From assembly GCF_002113885.1 (NCBI RefSeq), contig NW_018408827.1, forward strand, positions 1-64,000: a stretch of 64,000 nt of DNA. The letters are read 5' to 3'. This stretch comes from Mizuhopecten yessoensis. Its lineage: Eukaryota. Under the pieces are notes generated by a model. That model was not told the origin of the DNA, searched no databases, and worked only from the letters and a program-made list of their open reading frames with translations. The translations under genes and the position numbers were made by a program. Positions 1 through 12,359 of this stretch are shown piece by piece (position 1 is the stretch's first letter; each line of letters opens with the position of its first letter).

Positions 1-1049
1 ATCGATTATGTGTAAACACTGTCGATGTATCTCGTATGTATAGATAATGTTTAAAATCAGACTCATTTCCATCTTCTGATAATCATTTTCACTAAACTTA
101 AAAACGTATTTGATCAAATATCACTGTAGTCGGTCATATAACACGTTTCATAGCTGAATTGCTCCCTATTCTCACAACAGACTAATCTATTGAACAAATG
201 CTTTTCTGCGAGTATCAAGGGAGACAATCAAACTATCACGTCACCATACTATAAAGTGTCATTTATCCGATGTAACTGTCAGATAGTGACCGTTAATAAT
301 ATAAGCAGTAGCCGTTCTGTCATCTCTCCCTCAAAATATGTCAAGAAAATAAACGACTATAGGCTACTAAAGGAGAATGTGGGAGGTTTGACTTGTCCTT
401 AACAATGTTTTACATGTGTGACACGTGTCACAAACTGTGTTCATATTGAGTCCTATAGGAGGTGGTAGAATAAAATGTTGTTGAATCACAAACTTTGTGA
501 TTACAATGTACGCCACAAACTATACGCTGATGTCATTTGATTGACAATGCCTCATAAATATTTTTTGAGATATCCTGAAGATCTCAAAGGAATTCCAAAT
601 ATATATATATTTTTTCTATGAAAAGAGCGTCTAAAAATAAGAGGGAATTGGATCGAGTTTGAGATTTTGTTTATCAAATGCCTAACAAATGTAATCATCT
701 AAAATAATAAAATGTAGCTATTGAAGCTGAAAAAAAAGCAATCACCATACAAATTCTCATTACTGTGAATAATGATGTCATCGTTTTGATTCTTATGACG
801 TCACAATGAATTATATTACACTTGAAAAGTTTCGTATCCAAAATGTAGGTATATGTAACAGTGACGAAATACGATATTTCTGAGTGGTTTGTAAATTCAT
901 CAATGATGTTTTCTGTAAAGAATAAGATAAGCGTCAAAACGGTAGTGGTCAAAACGTGCTGAAAACTACAAGGTCACTTGCTTGCAAGATCAACTGGGCA
1001 TATGTATGTATCAAACGCAACCAATTTTAAAGGCAAATGCGGTTTCTGT

Positions 1050-1480
1050 GTTCGAAACCCGTGCAGGCTCGGGGAAAGAATAGGTCTGCTGTATCCGATT
1101 GCATGGTCGAAAAGGGTAACTAATGCGGGCCTCCATCAGAATCGAATTGTCGTTTCTTCCACTGTCTTCTATTTAGGGGGATATTCAAGATACCACGAAT
1201 AAACCTAATGTATCCCACTCGAAGTGTGTAAGAGGTGACTAATGTGGACTCCAGCAGACTCGTGTTTTTTCTTCTGTGACTTCTAAGAAGTGGACCATGA
1301 AGGATTCAAAAAGCGATTTGCTGCACCCATTGCAAGAAACGGATTGTTTTTCGTTAACTATCTTTCCTGTCTGCTTTCTTTTCTATCTCTTTTCTCTTTG
1401 CTGTGGTGTCTACGTAGCCATCCGTCCCGATAGGACCCTATCTGTTTCAAGGATGCTAAACCCCAAACAAATAAACAAAA
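1050..1480 (+). mobile_element. Probable degenerate SINE (Meta-domain-like core, internally repeated) with A/C-rich tail
   Basis: Two related blocks, GAATAGGTCTGCTGTATCCGATTGCATGGTCGAAAAGGGTAACTAATG and GAATAAACCTAATGTATCCCACTCGAAGTGTGTAAGAGGTGACTAATG, resemble the mollusc SINE core motif as recalled. The region ends in GGATGCTAAACCCCAAACAAATAAACAAA. Not verified by search. Confidence 0.4.
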
Positions 1481-2509
1481 TTATAGCAGAGATGAAGACT
1501 CATTCATGATATATATTTTTTTTTTCTAAAGCACTAAGTGAACTCGGCATGTTGATAATATACGTGCAGATTTGTGTAACTTTCTACTTAAAGTTACACC
1601 AAGTGCAATGTACAGTAAGTACGAATCAATCATAAATCTCCCTAGACCACTTTCTCCTCGATAATTCACCAACAGAACACGGAATAGACAAATATTTATA
1701 TATCTATATTGTCTGTAATTGTCGAAGGCGGCATCTACACCAGAGTCACGTAACAAACACTGTCGACTGCGTTGGAGAGATATTGTCTGGGACATCTATC
1801 TAAGTACCTATGCACATGAATATCCTCATTCATGAAAACATTTTCGAGACCTAATTTGACCTATTTTCATTCGGAACTATGTCGCGTTCAGTAATTGTTA
1901 AACTGTTGCCCGCTCATATCACTTAAAATTCTGATATAAATTGCAGAAAACGACAACAGTTTTTTTCGTAACATGCGTTTTTATCATTAATTCAAACCAA
2001 TAATGGAATGAAATTGATGTCATCCTATATATGAAATTGGTTTCACTGTATCTTTTTCTGCTCCGATATAAAAGTGTATCATTCATGGTTTATCTTGATT
2101 TACCGTCAGACAGCCAGAATGATTATATCATGCTTCTACGATTGCAGTGCACGACATTTTTTTGTAAATATTATACAACATCCATACAGAAATTGGATAA
2201 AGTTTTGCAACCATCCTTGATGTTTACCTAATAAGCACTTACATGCACTGCCGGAGTTTGGCATGCTATCTGTATTTTGAATGAGTACGTAGGCCTGTCG
2301 ATAGCAGTTTATTATATTGTTTTTCTTGTTTTATTATATTTCAGTAGTAAATGCTCGAGTGAGCAACCTGTGTTTTCTCTGATTGCTATCACAGAGGCCA
2401 GACACGGGGTATTGAATTATCAATAATAACGAATCAAATATTTGTAGGAATGGTTTTCAAATCTATATATAGAGTGGATACTTGAGTTAAGTCACGTTGG
2501 TTCCGATTT

Positions 2510-2700
2510 ACTTCATCCTGGCAACCATGTTTGTTCCCATCAGGTTCATCCAGCCCTGCTTGTTTCCAGCTGCCTCATCCTCGCAGCCAGATTAATTCCT
2601 AGCTGCTTCATCCTCGGCCGTGTTCGTTCCCAGCTGCTTCATCCAGACACATTCGTTGCAAGCTACTTCATCTAGTCACGTTCGTTTAAAGCTGCTTCAA
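2510..2700. repeat. Degenerate ~29-bp tandem repeat (~6-7 copies)
   Basis: Recurring GCTGCTTCATCC...GTTCGTTCCCA units. Confidence 0.7.
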
Positions 2701-4306
2701 TTGGCTTGATTTTGAAATGGTATTATTTTTTGGATTTGTTTCAAATCTATAAGCTCCGCAAGGGTTTGATCTATAAACACTTTGTCTACGGTGCTTCCCA
2801 TGCTTAAAGGGACAAATTAGTGTTTTTGATTACCTGAAAATCAAGTCGAAACTGTTGATAATGACCCGACTTAAAGCCAACGTCCAGTGTGGTCAGTTTA
2901 ATCTTTTGGGAAAGCCGGTGATAAAAATACCTACGACCGAAATAGCGCAATATTGGGGCCTTTCAGTGAGCAGTAAACATATACAGCACTACGCTGTCGA
3001 CCGACAACACAGCAGTGTCTGTTAAGAGTCTGACTTCACACATAACACATTCTTGAATGTACACAATACAGTGTAAGTAAGCATTTAAGGTATTATAATA
3101 TATAACTCTTATCAAATATTTCTGTTCACATTTGGATGTGAATAAGAACAAACAGGTTCAATTAGAGCATACACGCATTGAGGGGGGTGCCGCAGGGAGA
3201 ATTTCAAACCGCAGAAAGTAGGATAGCAATGGATCACTCGATCATTTATAACGATGTTTGAGCTTAAGATGATGTTGGAAGATGATTTTGATTCAGAATA
3301 AATGCATGTACTTGTATTCCAGAGAGGCTAGGTGAAGAAAGCGAGAAGTTACCTTCTCTCCTCGGCTGGCATTCACCGACAGCTGCCGCTAAAACGTACG
3401 TCTCTACAGTTAAAGATTTCTTCCTTACAATTTAAAAACGCCAAGAAAACATGTCTCTTATAAATTTCTCGACATGACTTGTTCATTCGGAGTATTAAAC
3501 TATAAAATGATGAAGAGTTTTGTAACAAGTTTACAAAAACAACTTGTGGGAAATTATGGCCGCATACATGTACTATCTTCAAAAATATAAACGTAAACCA
3601 TACGATTTTCGTATTTATTAAATTTCAAACTGTAAAATATCATGAATACTTCGTTGGATACAATCTTATAACTTCACAGAAGTGAGGATTTACGACATTT
3701 TATATCTTTACAAGTGCAGATATCACTCTTAATATTGTCAAATCAGAACGGTAATTTCTATTCACAGTAAAGATTTTCACTTTGAAGTTCAGACAAAGCG
3801 TCAACTATATATAGGGTCCACGGAACCAAATCAAAAATAGATTGTGGGTTTTCCCCTTTTGGGCAGAAGATTTAATAGGAAGGTGAATGCCTCGGGGTCT
3901 GCTGCTTGGATATTTAGGTAGCAGAGGTTTCAAAAGTTTTATGTGTGGGTTGAGCAATATATATAGATGAAATATGCATAAAAAGATGAAAATTGTTCAA
4001 GTCTGCTTTTGTCTGGGTGAGTATATTAAGTGTGTAATTTGTTGTAAAATTTGGTCGATTTTTGGTGCCGAATTCAATACAAGATGGCAGCCCCCATATA
4101 AAAAAAGTTTAAAAAGGCAGAATTTTTAAATATTTTATTAACAGTTGTGTGAGATGATATTCCTCACAATGAGGGCAGATAAACCAGTGTGGATAACCCC
4201 ATTTAACCAGAACAGTGGTAAACGTTAACACTATCTTGTTTATCTTCACTATAAAGCTGTAGTAAATAAAAAAAGGTATGGGTTTTCCCGTTGGATACTA
4301 TACACT

Positions 4307-4468
4307 TAAGCATTGAACTGGTTTTGTATGGTATTTATAATCTATTTGAATGACACAGCTATGCAAGCGAACAACATAATGCGCGCTAGCGCATTATGAT
4401 TTGTTTTCTTACATAGCTGTGTCATTCAAATAGATAATAAACATCATACAAAAACGGTTCAATACTTA
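4307..4468. repeat. 162-bp imperfect palindrome (fold-back/MITE-like element)
   Basis: TAAGCATTGAACTGGTTTTGTATG...TCTATTTGAATGACACAGCTATG...CATAATGCGC-GCTA-GCGCATTATG...CATAGCTGTGTCATTCAAATAGA...CATACAAAAACGGTTCAATACTTA; the arms are reverse complements. Confidence 0.85.
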
Positions 4469-5040
4469 TATTTACGTTTTCTCTGCCTCTTATGTCCATT
4501 TTTTTTTTTTTTTACTTACAATTGATATTTTAAATTTATCGAAATTCCACACAATTTCGTTCAATAGTTGGAACAGCGTGGTGTCGCGTGCTGATTGCCA
4601 AACAAAGTAGTACTTTGAACTTTTAACAAACACTTCAATTTTATTCCACAATTCAGTATCAATACAATTGCGTATGATATAGCTATAGGGTGATTTAAGT
4701 TTATCAATAGAACTCTGAGCTGAAAGTTTGATTTGAAATTGTTTCGATTTTCCCCCGGAACAAATTTCGCGCATGGATAAATACAGTGATACCGTGAATC
4801 CGACCTTGCCCTCCACGAGGGAGTTATTTTGGAAGTAAAATGAGCAAAGAGAAACGTTCACTATTTTCATTAGTATGAGGTAGACTTTTTTTATTTAGCA
4901 ATGATCCCTTGACTGAAGAATCCAGACGTTAAGTTATTTGTTGACTGCAGCCTCGTTATTTGACATGTCATGAAAACGTGGCTGCTAGACGCGTGAAACT
5001 GATAGCGTTTGAATTGAGTGATCTTGCAACGGAGCACAGG

Positions 5041-5156
5041 GGTTCGTTACAAATGTCTGAAATGTTTATGTGTGCTGTGACTCATATCAGTAGGTCTGTA
5101 ACATATGTGCCAGTAGGTCTATAGAATCTGTGTATTTCGGACATTTATAACGAACC
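5041..5156. mobile_element. Small MITE-like element with 23-bp terminal inverted repeats
   Basis: GGTTCGTTACAAATGTCTGAAAT at the left end versus the reverse complement of ATTTCGGACATTTATAACGAACC at the right end (2 mismatches). Confidence 0.65.
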
Positions 5157-7310
5157 GTTGTTAATCAGTGAAGTGTAACAGACGATATTTCTGATAAATT
5201 GTATGAGTGTTAAAATTGTTTCTAATTGCCGGCATTGGTGATTTCAACAGATGTGCATTTTGTACGATATTGTAATAAAAGTAAAAAAAATATATATTTC
5301 CATTTTTCTTTTGCACATACATTTACAATTACATTGTGAAATCTCACAATGCCCAGCGATATTTCAACAGTCGTCATGCTTATTTACATTGGATATTGTA
5401 GTTCCGGTCAGTGATGTATTAATACGCTAAGAATTGTGTCTCGTGATGCATGGTAATTAAAGTCTCATCAACGTCAGCTTTCAAAGAGGCTATATAGTGA
5501 CAATGCCAGGCAAATGTAAATATATGTATATATATATTCCACTTGTATATAACCAACATGTGACAACAACCATACAGAGACAGCGTTTTGGCGAAGTGTG
5601 TCTTCGTAGCAAACTCGAGAGGTGGTGATAAGTTCTTTGACAAGTATCCTTAACCAGGTATTAACTTTTCATTTACTATTCAAAGAGTGGCTACGATTGA
5701 CACTTAAACCGCAGAGATAGTTGATATTTTATTAATATGTGTATTATCACATAAACTATTTGTAAAAATTGCAATAGTTATGTATGATGTTTTACGTAGA
5801 TTATGTGCTGATTACCAAATTGTAGACTTTTTAAAGGCGTGCAGTTAAAACTATTTTCTAGCCTAGGGACACTTATTGAATGCCACTAGTGCAACATGTT
5901 ATCATATTGATCGTGAAAAGAATGTTCTGAACGATAAATTCAATATCATGAATATTCGAAGAATAAAATCAAGTGTGCAGGATCCGTTCACTCGTGGTTG
6001 TTGGACTGTCAGTAAGTGATTTTCATCTGAAGGTCTGGTGTCCAGCAGCTTTGCTGAATTTTCTTGTTATTAATAGAAAACAGAAGATCGCTCCATTCCC
6101 ATAAACACTGACGGCAAGGAATACCCTGCATATGTATGAGGCGTCAAGGTGCATACACAGAATCTGCATATGATTGTATTTTGTAAATCCTGTTCAAATA
6201 TATAATATGGAGAAATATACCTTTAAAAATTAAAGAGTTAGGCTTTAACAAGGTTAATCATTACAACATCAAGAGAATTATTTTTTAAACTGAGAGAAAA
6301 ATAAAACCTATATACAGGAATGTTTATAGTGCTGAATGTGCAAGAACGTCGAGAAAACCCGCATTATTAAATTGTGTAGGTGACGCTCAGACGCTCAAGT
6401 AACACGTAATGACATCAACATTTAAGCTAGGAATAGAAAGAAATGAGAAAAGCACATGACCAACGGCGGATTAAAAAAGATCTACGCACAGTATAACATG
6501 TCCATTTTCTTTGCCAGACGACAGTCAAAATTGGCGTTAAGTTGCAATCGTTTGCGTCTAGCTTATTATGGAACCCCTGCGGTTATTGAAGATTCGGAAA
6601 GTCCATTTTTTGTTTCTGCAGCATGCTTAGTCAGCACTTCGACATGTCAGAATTTGACATAATTGTTGCTCTGAGCAGACCTCACGTGTTCACAAGCATT
6701 GATGCTGTCAGTATAGACGATAATCCGCGAACACATGAGCAAACGTAACCTTTAAGCTTGTCTGGAAGGAACAGGAAGTACGAATACTTCACAAGTGATA
6801 TCTTCTCAGGGTTCTAACTAACTACATTTTATGGAATCGTTATAAAAATCTGTAAGTTCACATAGGAGAGGGATTGCTTAATTGGGCATGAAAAAAGTTG
6901 GTTAGATAGTCAAAATATGGTTATTGTGCGTCTAATTTCAAAATGTGAACTTTGAAAAACACTTTTATAATAAATGATTTGCACTTGTCATTTGAAATCA
7001 TTTTTAAAATATCTTTCCAATAGTGATGAACTGCCGAAAAATAACAATGTCTTTTCTGTCAGTAATGCAAATAAGGTAAAAAAATAATTGTTTGTGTCTA
7101 TTTTTGTTGTATGTCGATAAATTGAAGTGCTACAAAATATAATATAGAAATAATATTTAGTTACGTAGAAATGACCTCGGCAGCTGATGATCTTAGCAGC
7201 ACACTTATACCGGTTTTATCAATGAATTGTTTTATTATTTTCTCCTTATGAACTTGAGCGTTGCAACTATGGAACTTATTTTAGGTTTACTGGGACTACA
7301 CAACTTATCA

Positions 7311-8175
7311 AACAAGAGGTCTCTGGCATTAATGGTCACTAAAGTTGTAATACCATTGACCTTTGCAGTCACCTAAGTCTGAATACCATTGGCCTTAACG
7401 GTCAGTTGTAATATCATATATTGCTATTTGTGGTTGCAATGCAACAAAATCAGATATTACATATTTCTGATGATGGATTCGCCTGACAGAATGATGATTG
7501 TTAAGTGTCCAGCATATCTCATGCATGAAGTTGGTTCACGTAATTGTCAGAAACAAAAGTGAAATGTGATATAACATATTTAACTTTTCCCATATCCAGT
7601 GAGGAATGTGTGATCCGGAGTTGACGAAATTCACAACTTTGACAAATCACTTTAGGACATTTCCATCAATGAATATGAATTGATTCTAACAAATCTGGGT
7701 TTGGAGAAGAGGGTTGTGGAAATTAAAATTTTCAGCTAATTTGACCCTTTGTGTGTGTTAGAGTTGCAATAAGGCTCTCGTTTCGATATCATCAAACTGT
7801 ATAATAGACTTTGCCCCCTCCCAAGGGAGGGATGGCTTACCACGAGCTAATGAGATTAATACTTTTGATAAAGCACCAAATCTGGCACTCTCTAAAATGA
7901 CCATAGCTGTTAATAGGACGTAAAAAAAACACTAAAGCACCTCAGCACCTTTTGATTCATGAAGAACATTTGATGTTACCCCTGTTGGCCTGACCCCTGA
8001 TGGTAGATCCATAAAAGCATTAATTTTTTTTTTTAAATTATGTGATTTTATTCATTTCGGTTAAGTGGTTTCGGAGAAAATTTCAAAAATGTGAATTGTT
8101 TACTAACGAACAGCAAAAGACAAACGACGACGAACAAAAGGGGATTGCAATAGGTGAGCTTAGACTTTGGGTAAG
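7311..8175 (-). mobile_element. Decayed non-autonomous Helentron (HINE)-like element
   Basis: Begins AACAAGAGG, the reverse of the typical CTCTTGTT end. Ends with a (GAC)n-like microsatellite, GACAAACGACGACGAAC, and GGTGAGCT, mirroring the layout of the neighbouring element. Confidence 0.4.
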
Positions 8176-8416
8176 GTCCTTCCTTGGGATCCCGTGTAAA
8201 TGCAAAAATAGGATATGTAAACATCCCTAGTAGTAATTAAGAGAGGATATCCTACGGAACACTATTGGTTTTTCTTATTGGTTGAAATAGATTTTTAAAA
8301 CTTTTATAAAATGTTAACATTCATTTGCTATATCGTCTGTTAATGATCTTTTACAGAACTTTAACAATCATTTCCAAGATGTGCGTAAAAAAAGCAACGA
8401 GATATCCGGTTATCAT

Positions 8417-9958
8417 TTTTAGCCTCCACCATCATCTGATGGTGGACTATTCAAATCACCCTGCGTCCGTGGTCCGTCGTCCATTAGTCCTTAAACAATT
8501 CTTGTTATCGGTATTTCTCCAGAAGTATGAGAGGGATCTTTCTCAAATTTTGAGACTGATCGGTTAAACAACATGGCCGACAGGCAGCCATCTTGGATTT
8601 TGATAGTGAAAGTTTGTTATCGCTATTTCTTGAGAAGTACTAGAGGGATCTTTCAAAAAGGTAATATATATAGGTTCCCCTTGGTACCTAGCTGTGGAGG
8701 GCAACTTTTGAGACTGATCGGATAAACAACATGACCGACAGGCAGTCACCTTGGATTTTGATAGTGAAAATTTGTTACCGCTATTTCTTGGTAAGTGCCA
8801 GAGGGATATTTCTCAAATGTTATATGCAGGTTTTCCTTGGGCCCTAGCTGTGCAGGGCAATTTTTGAGACTGATCGGATAAACAAGATGGCCGACAGGCA
8901 GCCATTTTTGATTTTGATAGTGAAAGTTTGTTATCGCTATTTCTCGGGAAGTACGGGAGGGATCTTTCTAAAATTTTACATGTAGGTTCCCTTTGTCCCC
9001 TTGTTGTGCAGCAGTACCTGAAATGGACGGTCGCCTGCTCGCCAATGAATTTAAAGTCTTGCTCGAGCGACGAAAAGTTGTCAAAAGTGAGGTAGTCACT
9101 GGCCAAACAAAAAAAGTTTTGGCGACTGACGAAAATTTAATGAATAAAAGAAATTATAGTCCCTTCCACATTAACTGGGGGCAGTACATTCGAAATATCC
9201 GTGATTTAGAAAATGTGATGATTTTTTTTCAATTTTCTATATAAATACTGCCTGGGTGTTTTCTTTGAGGTGCGAGTTTTGTGTATTTCTTTATGGGAAG
9301 ATCTGAATGGAGTTGATCATGTCAGGTTTTAACTAGAATTGAAGAATTAAAAATATAATGTTTTATTCTGTTTTACACATTACAAACATTGTCATGTTAT
9401 ATGTTATTTAAATGTGCTCAAGCATTGTGTAAGATGCTGTAGAAATATCTCTTCCCAAAATTATTTGGACCACCAATACTCGCCCAAAAAAACAAATTGG
9501 GCCAGACAATGCAGGTTACCCACTATCCTTTATTGTTCATGTTTACTTTTGAGACTGATCAGTTAAACAAAATGGCCTACCGACAGCCATCTTCGATTTT
9601 TGACATTGAAGGTTTGTTAGTACTATTTCTCAGGAATAACTTGAGGGATCTTTCTCAAATTTGATATGTAGGTTCCCCTTGATCCCTCGTTGTGCATGTT
9701 ATATTCTGAGTCTGATCATAAAAACAAAATGGCTAAAGGAAGAACTAAACAGATCTTTTTCCCATATCTCACTTTGAAGGTTGGCTTTCATACACATCAG
9801 TATTAAGTTTAGATCAAAAGTTACCTCAAGGTGCATTTACTGTTAACATGACTCGATCAAACAGATTAGAGGAAAGAAGAGAAAAGATCGAACTGACAAA
9901 GAACTAATGAAGATGGTTCAATGGCGGGCACCAAGATCCCTCTGGGATCTCTCTTGTT
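8417..9958 (+). mobile_element. Non-autonomous Helentron (HINE) with ~157-bp internal tandem repeats, interrupted by a ~0.5-kb insertion
   Basis: 5' TTTTAGC, hairpin CCACCATCA-TC-TGATGGTGG and (CGTC)n microsatellite. Repeats AACAACATGGCCGACAGGCAGCCATCTTGG start at ~8567, 8725, 8881 and ~9566. 3' hairpin AGATCCC-TCT-GGGATCT followed by CTCTTGTT. Flanks are T-rich. Confidence 0.75.
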
Positions 9959-10619
9959 TATTTTAACATATGTAATTGCCTCTTTTAATTAGCAATGGAA
10001 TAAGGCAAAAGATGAATAACCAGTACGAATTCCTTCTCCTGTTTTTCATTTTTGAAAAATTGTGGCAAAAATGCTAAATACACCAAACTTTGCCTCAGCA
10101 ATTAGATGATCATATTTGATTGCAAGCTGGATGTGTTTGAAGCGTTTTTAAATGATAAGATAACGAGACTTATATGAGAGATAGGAATGACAGTATTTTC
10201 AGATCTTTAAATATGACAGAAAAGCATGACGGGTGTCACATGCGTTGCAAGGAAACGCTTGCCTTTCACCTCCTATTGTTTCGCTTCCGGTTTTTCATTT
10301 TAGTACTTGTTACGTCTTCGTATTTGATTTGGGGTCCTATTGGTGCCTTCTGTTTCCTGTTCATCTTGATCTATGCTAGCTTATTTTCGTCCAAACATAT
10401 CCATCTGTATGGTATATCGTGTTATTTAGTTTTGCATAAGCTACAGACAAGTTAGCGTGAGGTGGATAGGAAGTGCGACAGATGGGCCGTGAAAGGCCGG
10501 GCAAATACAAACTCAATCATGCATGTACTGTTTAGCTAATAGATAGATGGGACCGATACAGAACAAAGGAAATAACAGGCCATAGCACCGACACACTCAG
10601 TTTCGAATGATAATGTGCC

Positions 10620-10706
10620 TTGTTTGTAATTGGTTGATTGGTTGATTGATCGATTGATTGTCCGGTTGGGTGGTTAGTGGTTTGTTTGTTTGTTGGTTGG
10701 TTTGTA
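10620..10706. repeat. Compound tetranucleotide microsatellite (GGTT/GATT/GTTT)n
   Basis: TGGTTGATTGGTTGATTGATCGATTGATTG...GTTTGTTTGTTTGTTGGTTGGTTTG. Confidence 0.85.
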
Positions 10707-12257
10707 GATGTATTCATTCATTGTTCAATGTTGGGTTTTATAAACATATACTACATATATTGTTCCCAGTTTCGATTTTATTTGGCGAGTACTCTAGAAT
10801 GTATATTCTAATAATTAAAACGTGCCGTTCATTATATCACTTCCGGTGTTTATACAATCGTTTTATTTAAACAATACCGTTTCGGAGTAAGATTGAAACT
10901 CGTTAGCCCTGAAAAAGATGTCCACGACAAACACAAGTTATGATGACGATGGAAGTAAATCTTATTTCGTTACTGTAGGAGGATTAACCTTAAAATCTTC
11001 TTTTTTTTGCACTTTAGTCAAATTCTTATTATAAGCTTTGGGCAAATTGTCAGACATTGAAACTCTTGGTCCATTTGTCGATACATTATTGTAAAGTACA
11101 ACACTGACGGAGAATGTCTCAGATTACAGAAAAAGGATATACAGCCTGGGGGATTTTACGTTAACAGATCAAATTCAAACACGCTCCTATTACGACACGA
11201 GAAACTCCCGATAGTGTTTTCTCACTTCAGATGGACGCTTACAACTGTAATTCACGATCGTTTGAACGCTCGAATGCCCTTTCTGTACTTGCTTCTCAGC
11301 ACGGGGTCATAACATCTTTAAAATTATTCATAGCCATCGATTCGTAAAGATAAAAGAAACACCATCACATACAATGACACAATTATGGGAATGTTACATG
11401 CCGTAAAAGAATATAGCTACAGTATTAATAATTCATGAACTAGCTTGTTTGAAATGCTTTAACCGTCTGATATGTAAAGTAGCACGATGGTGAATGACCT
11501 CTTTATTATATATATATGCGTACGTCTTGATTGGTCAAGGTCATGAGGCGAATTTGAATAATTATAAAATGTCGGTTAATCTAAAGTATTGACAACGTCA
11601 CATTTGGTTCACATAAGAATCGCTAGATTTGGCAGGAACATGCTAACTTGGAAGAAAATCGTCTTTTCTCACAGAACCATCACTACCGATGGTGTGCACG
11701 CTGCCGGTAAAAACTGGTTTTCAGCCATAAATTTGTTTTTTTATTACCTCTGATAACGACCAAAAGAATCGCCGACACCCTGGCTTATGTCTAAACAATT
11801 CTTAAATTTGGGAAGTCCGAACCAAGTTTAGTGTTGTATGCATTTTTTCTTTTCTTTTCTTTTTGTGAATTTGTCTTTGGGTTATACATGTATACTACAA
11901 CACCTGCTGAACATGAAATGTGTATTGATTACAAAACATATCCTTTAGCGCGTTTCATTAAAAGAAAAGCGTCAAATGACACAAACTACAGACTGCCATT
12001 TGGCTTATATTTGATATACCTACATAACTGCAACTGCAACAGATTTTCATACAAACCCAGTCATATGTATTGGTATTTTAAAGTAGCACTTAGCGATTCT
12101 GAATTATTATATAAAGCTTTATTAATGTGTTACTTGCATTAAAATCTTAATGTTCATTACGTAGAAAATTGCAATTCAGACAACTCAATACATTTCTCGT
12201 GTCCTTCCAGTAAATATTACATACTCACGTTTACTGCGAAATCATTAACATAATAGA

Positions 12258-12359
12258 AAATAGCATTTAACCGATCATCATCCTGACATACTAGGCATAT
12301 ACATCAAAAATAGCATTTAACCGATGATCATCCTGACATACTAGGCATATACATCAAAA
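12258..12359. repeat. 50-bp tandem duplication (2 copies, 1 mismatch)
   Basis: TAGCATTTAACCGAT(C/G)ATCATCCTGACATACTAGGCATATACATCAAAA at 12261 and 12311. Confidence 0.95.

Noticed and set aside
3808-4302. Possible MITE with TATAG-GGTCCACGG termini
   Set aside because: The inverted match is short and gapped; cannot be supported by eye.
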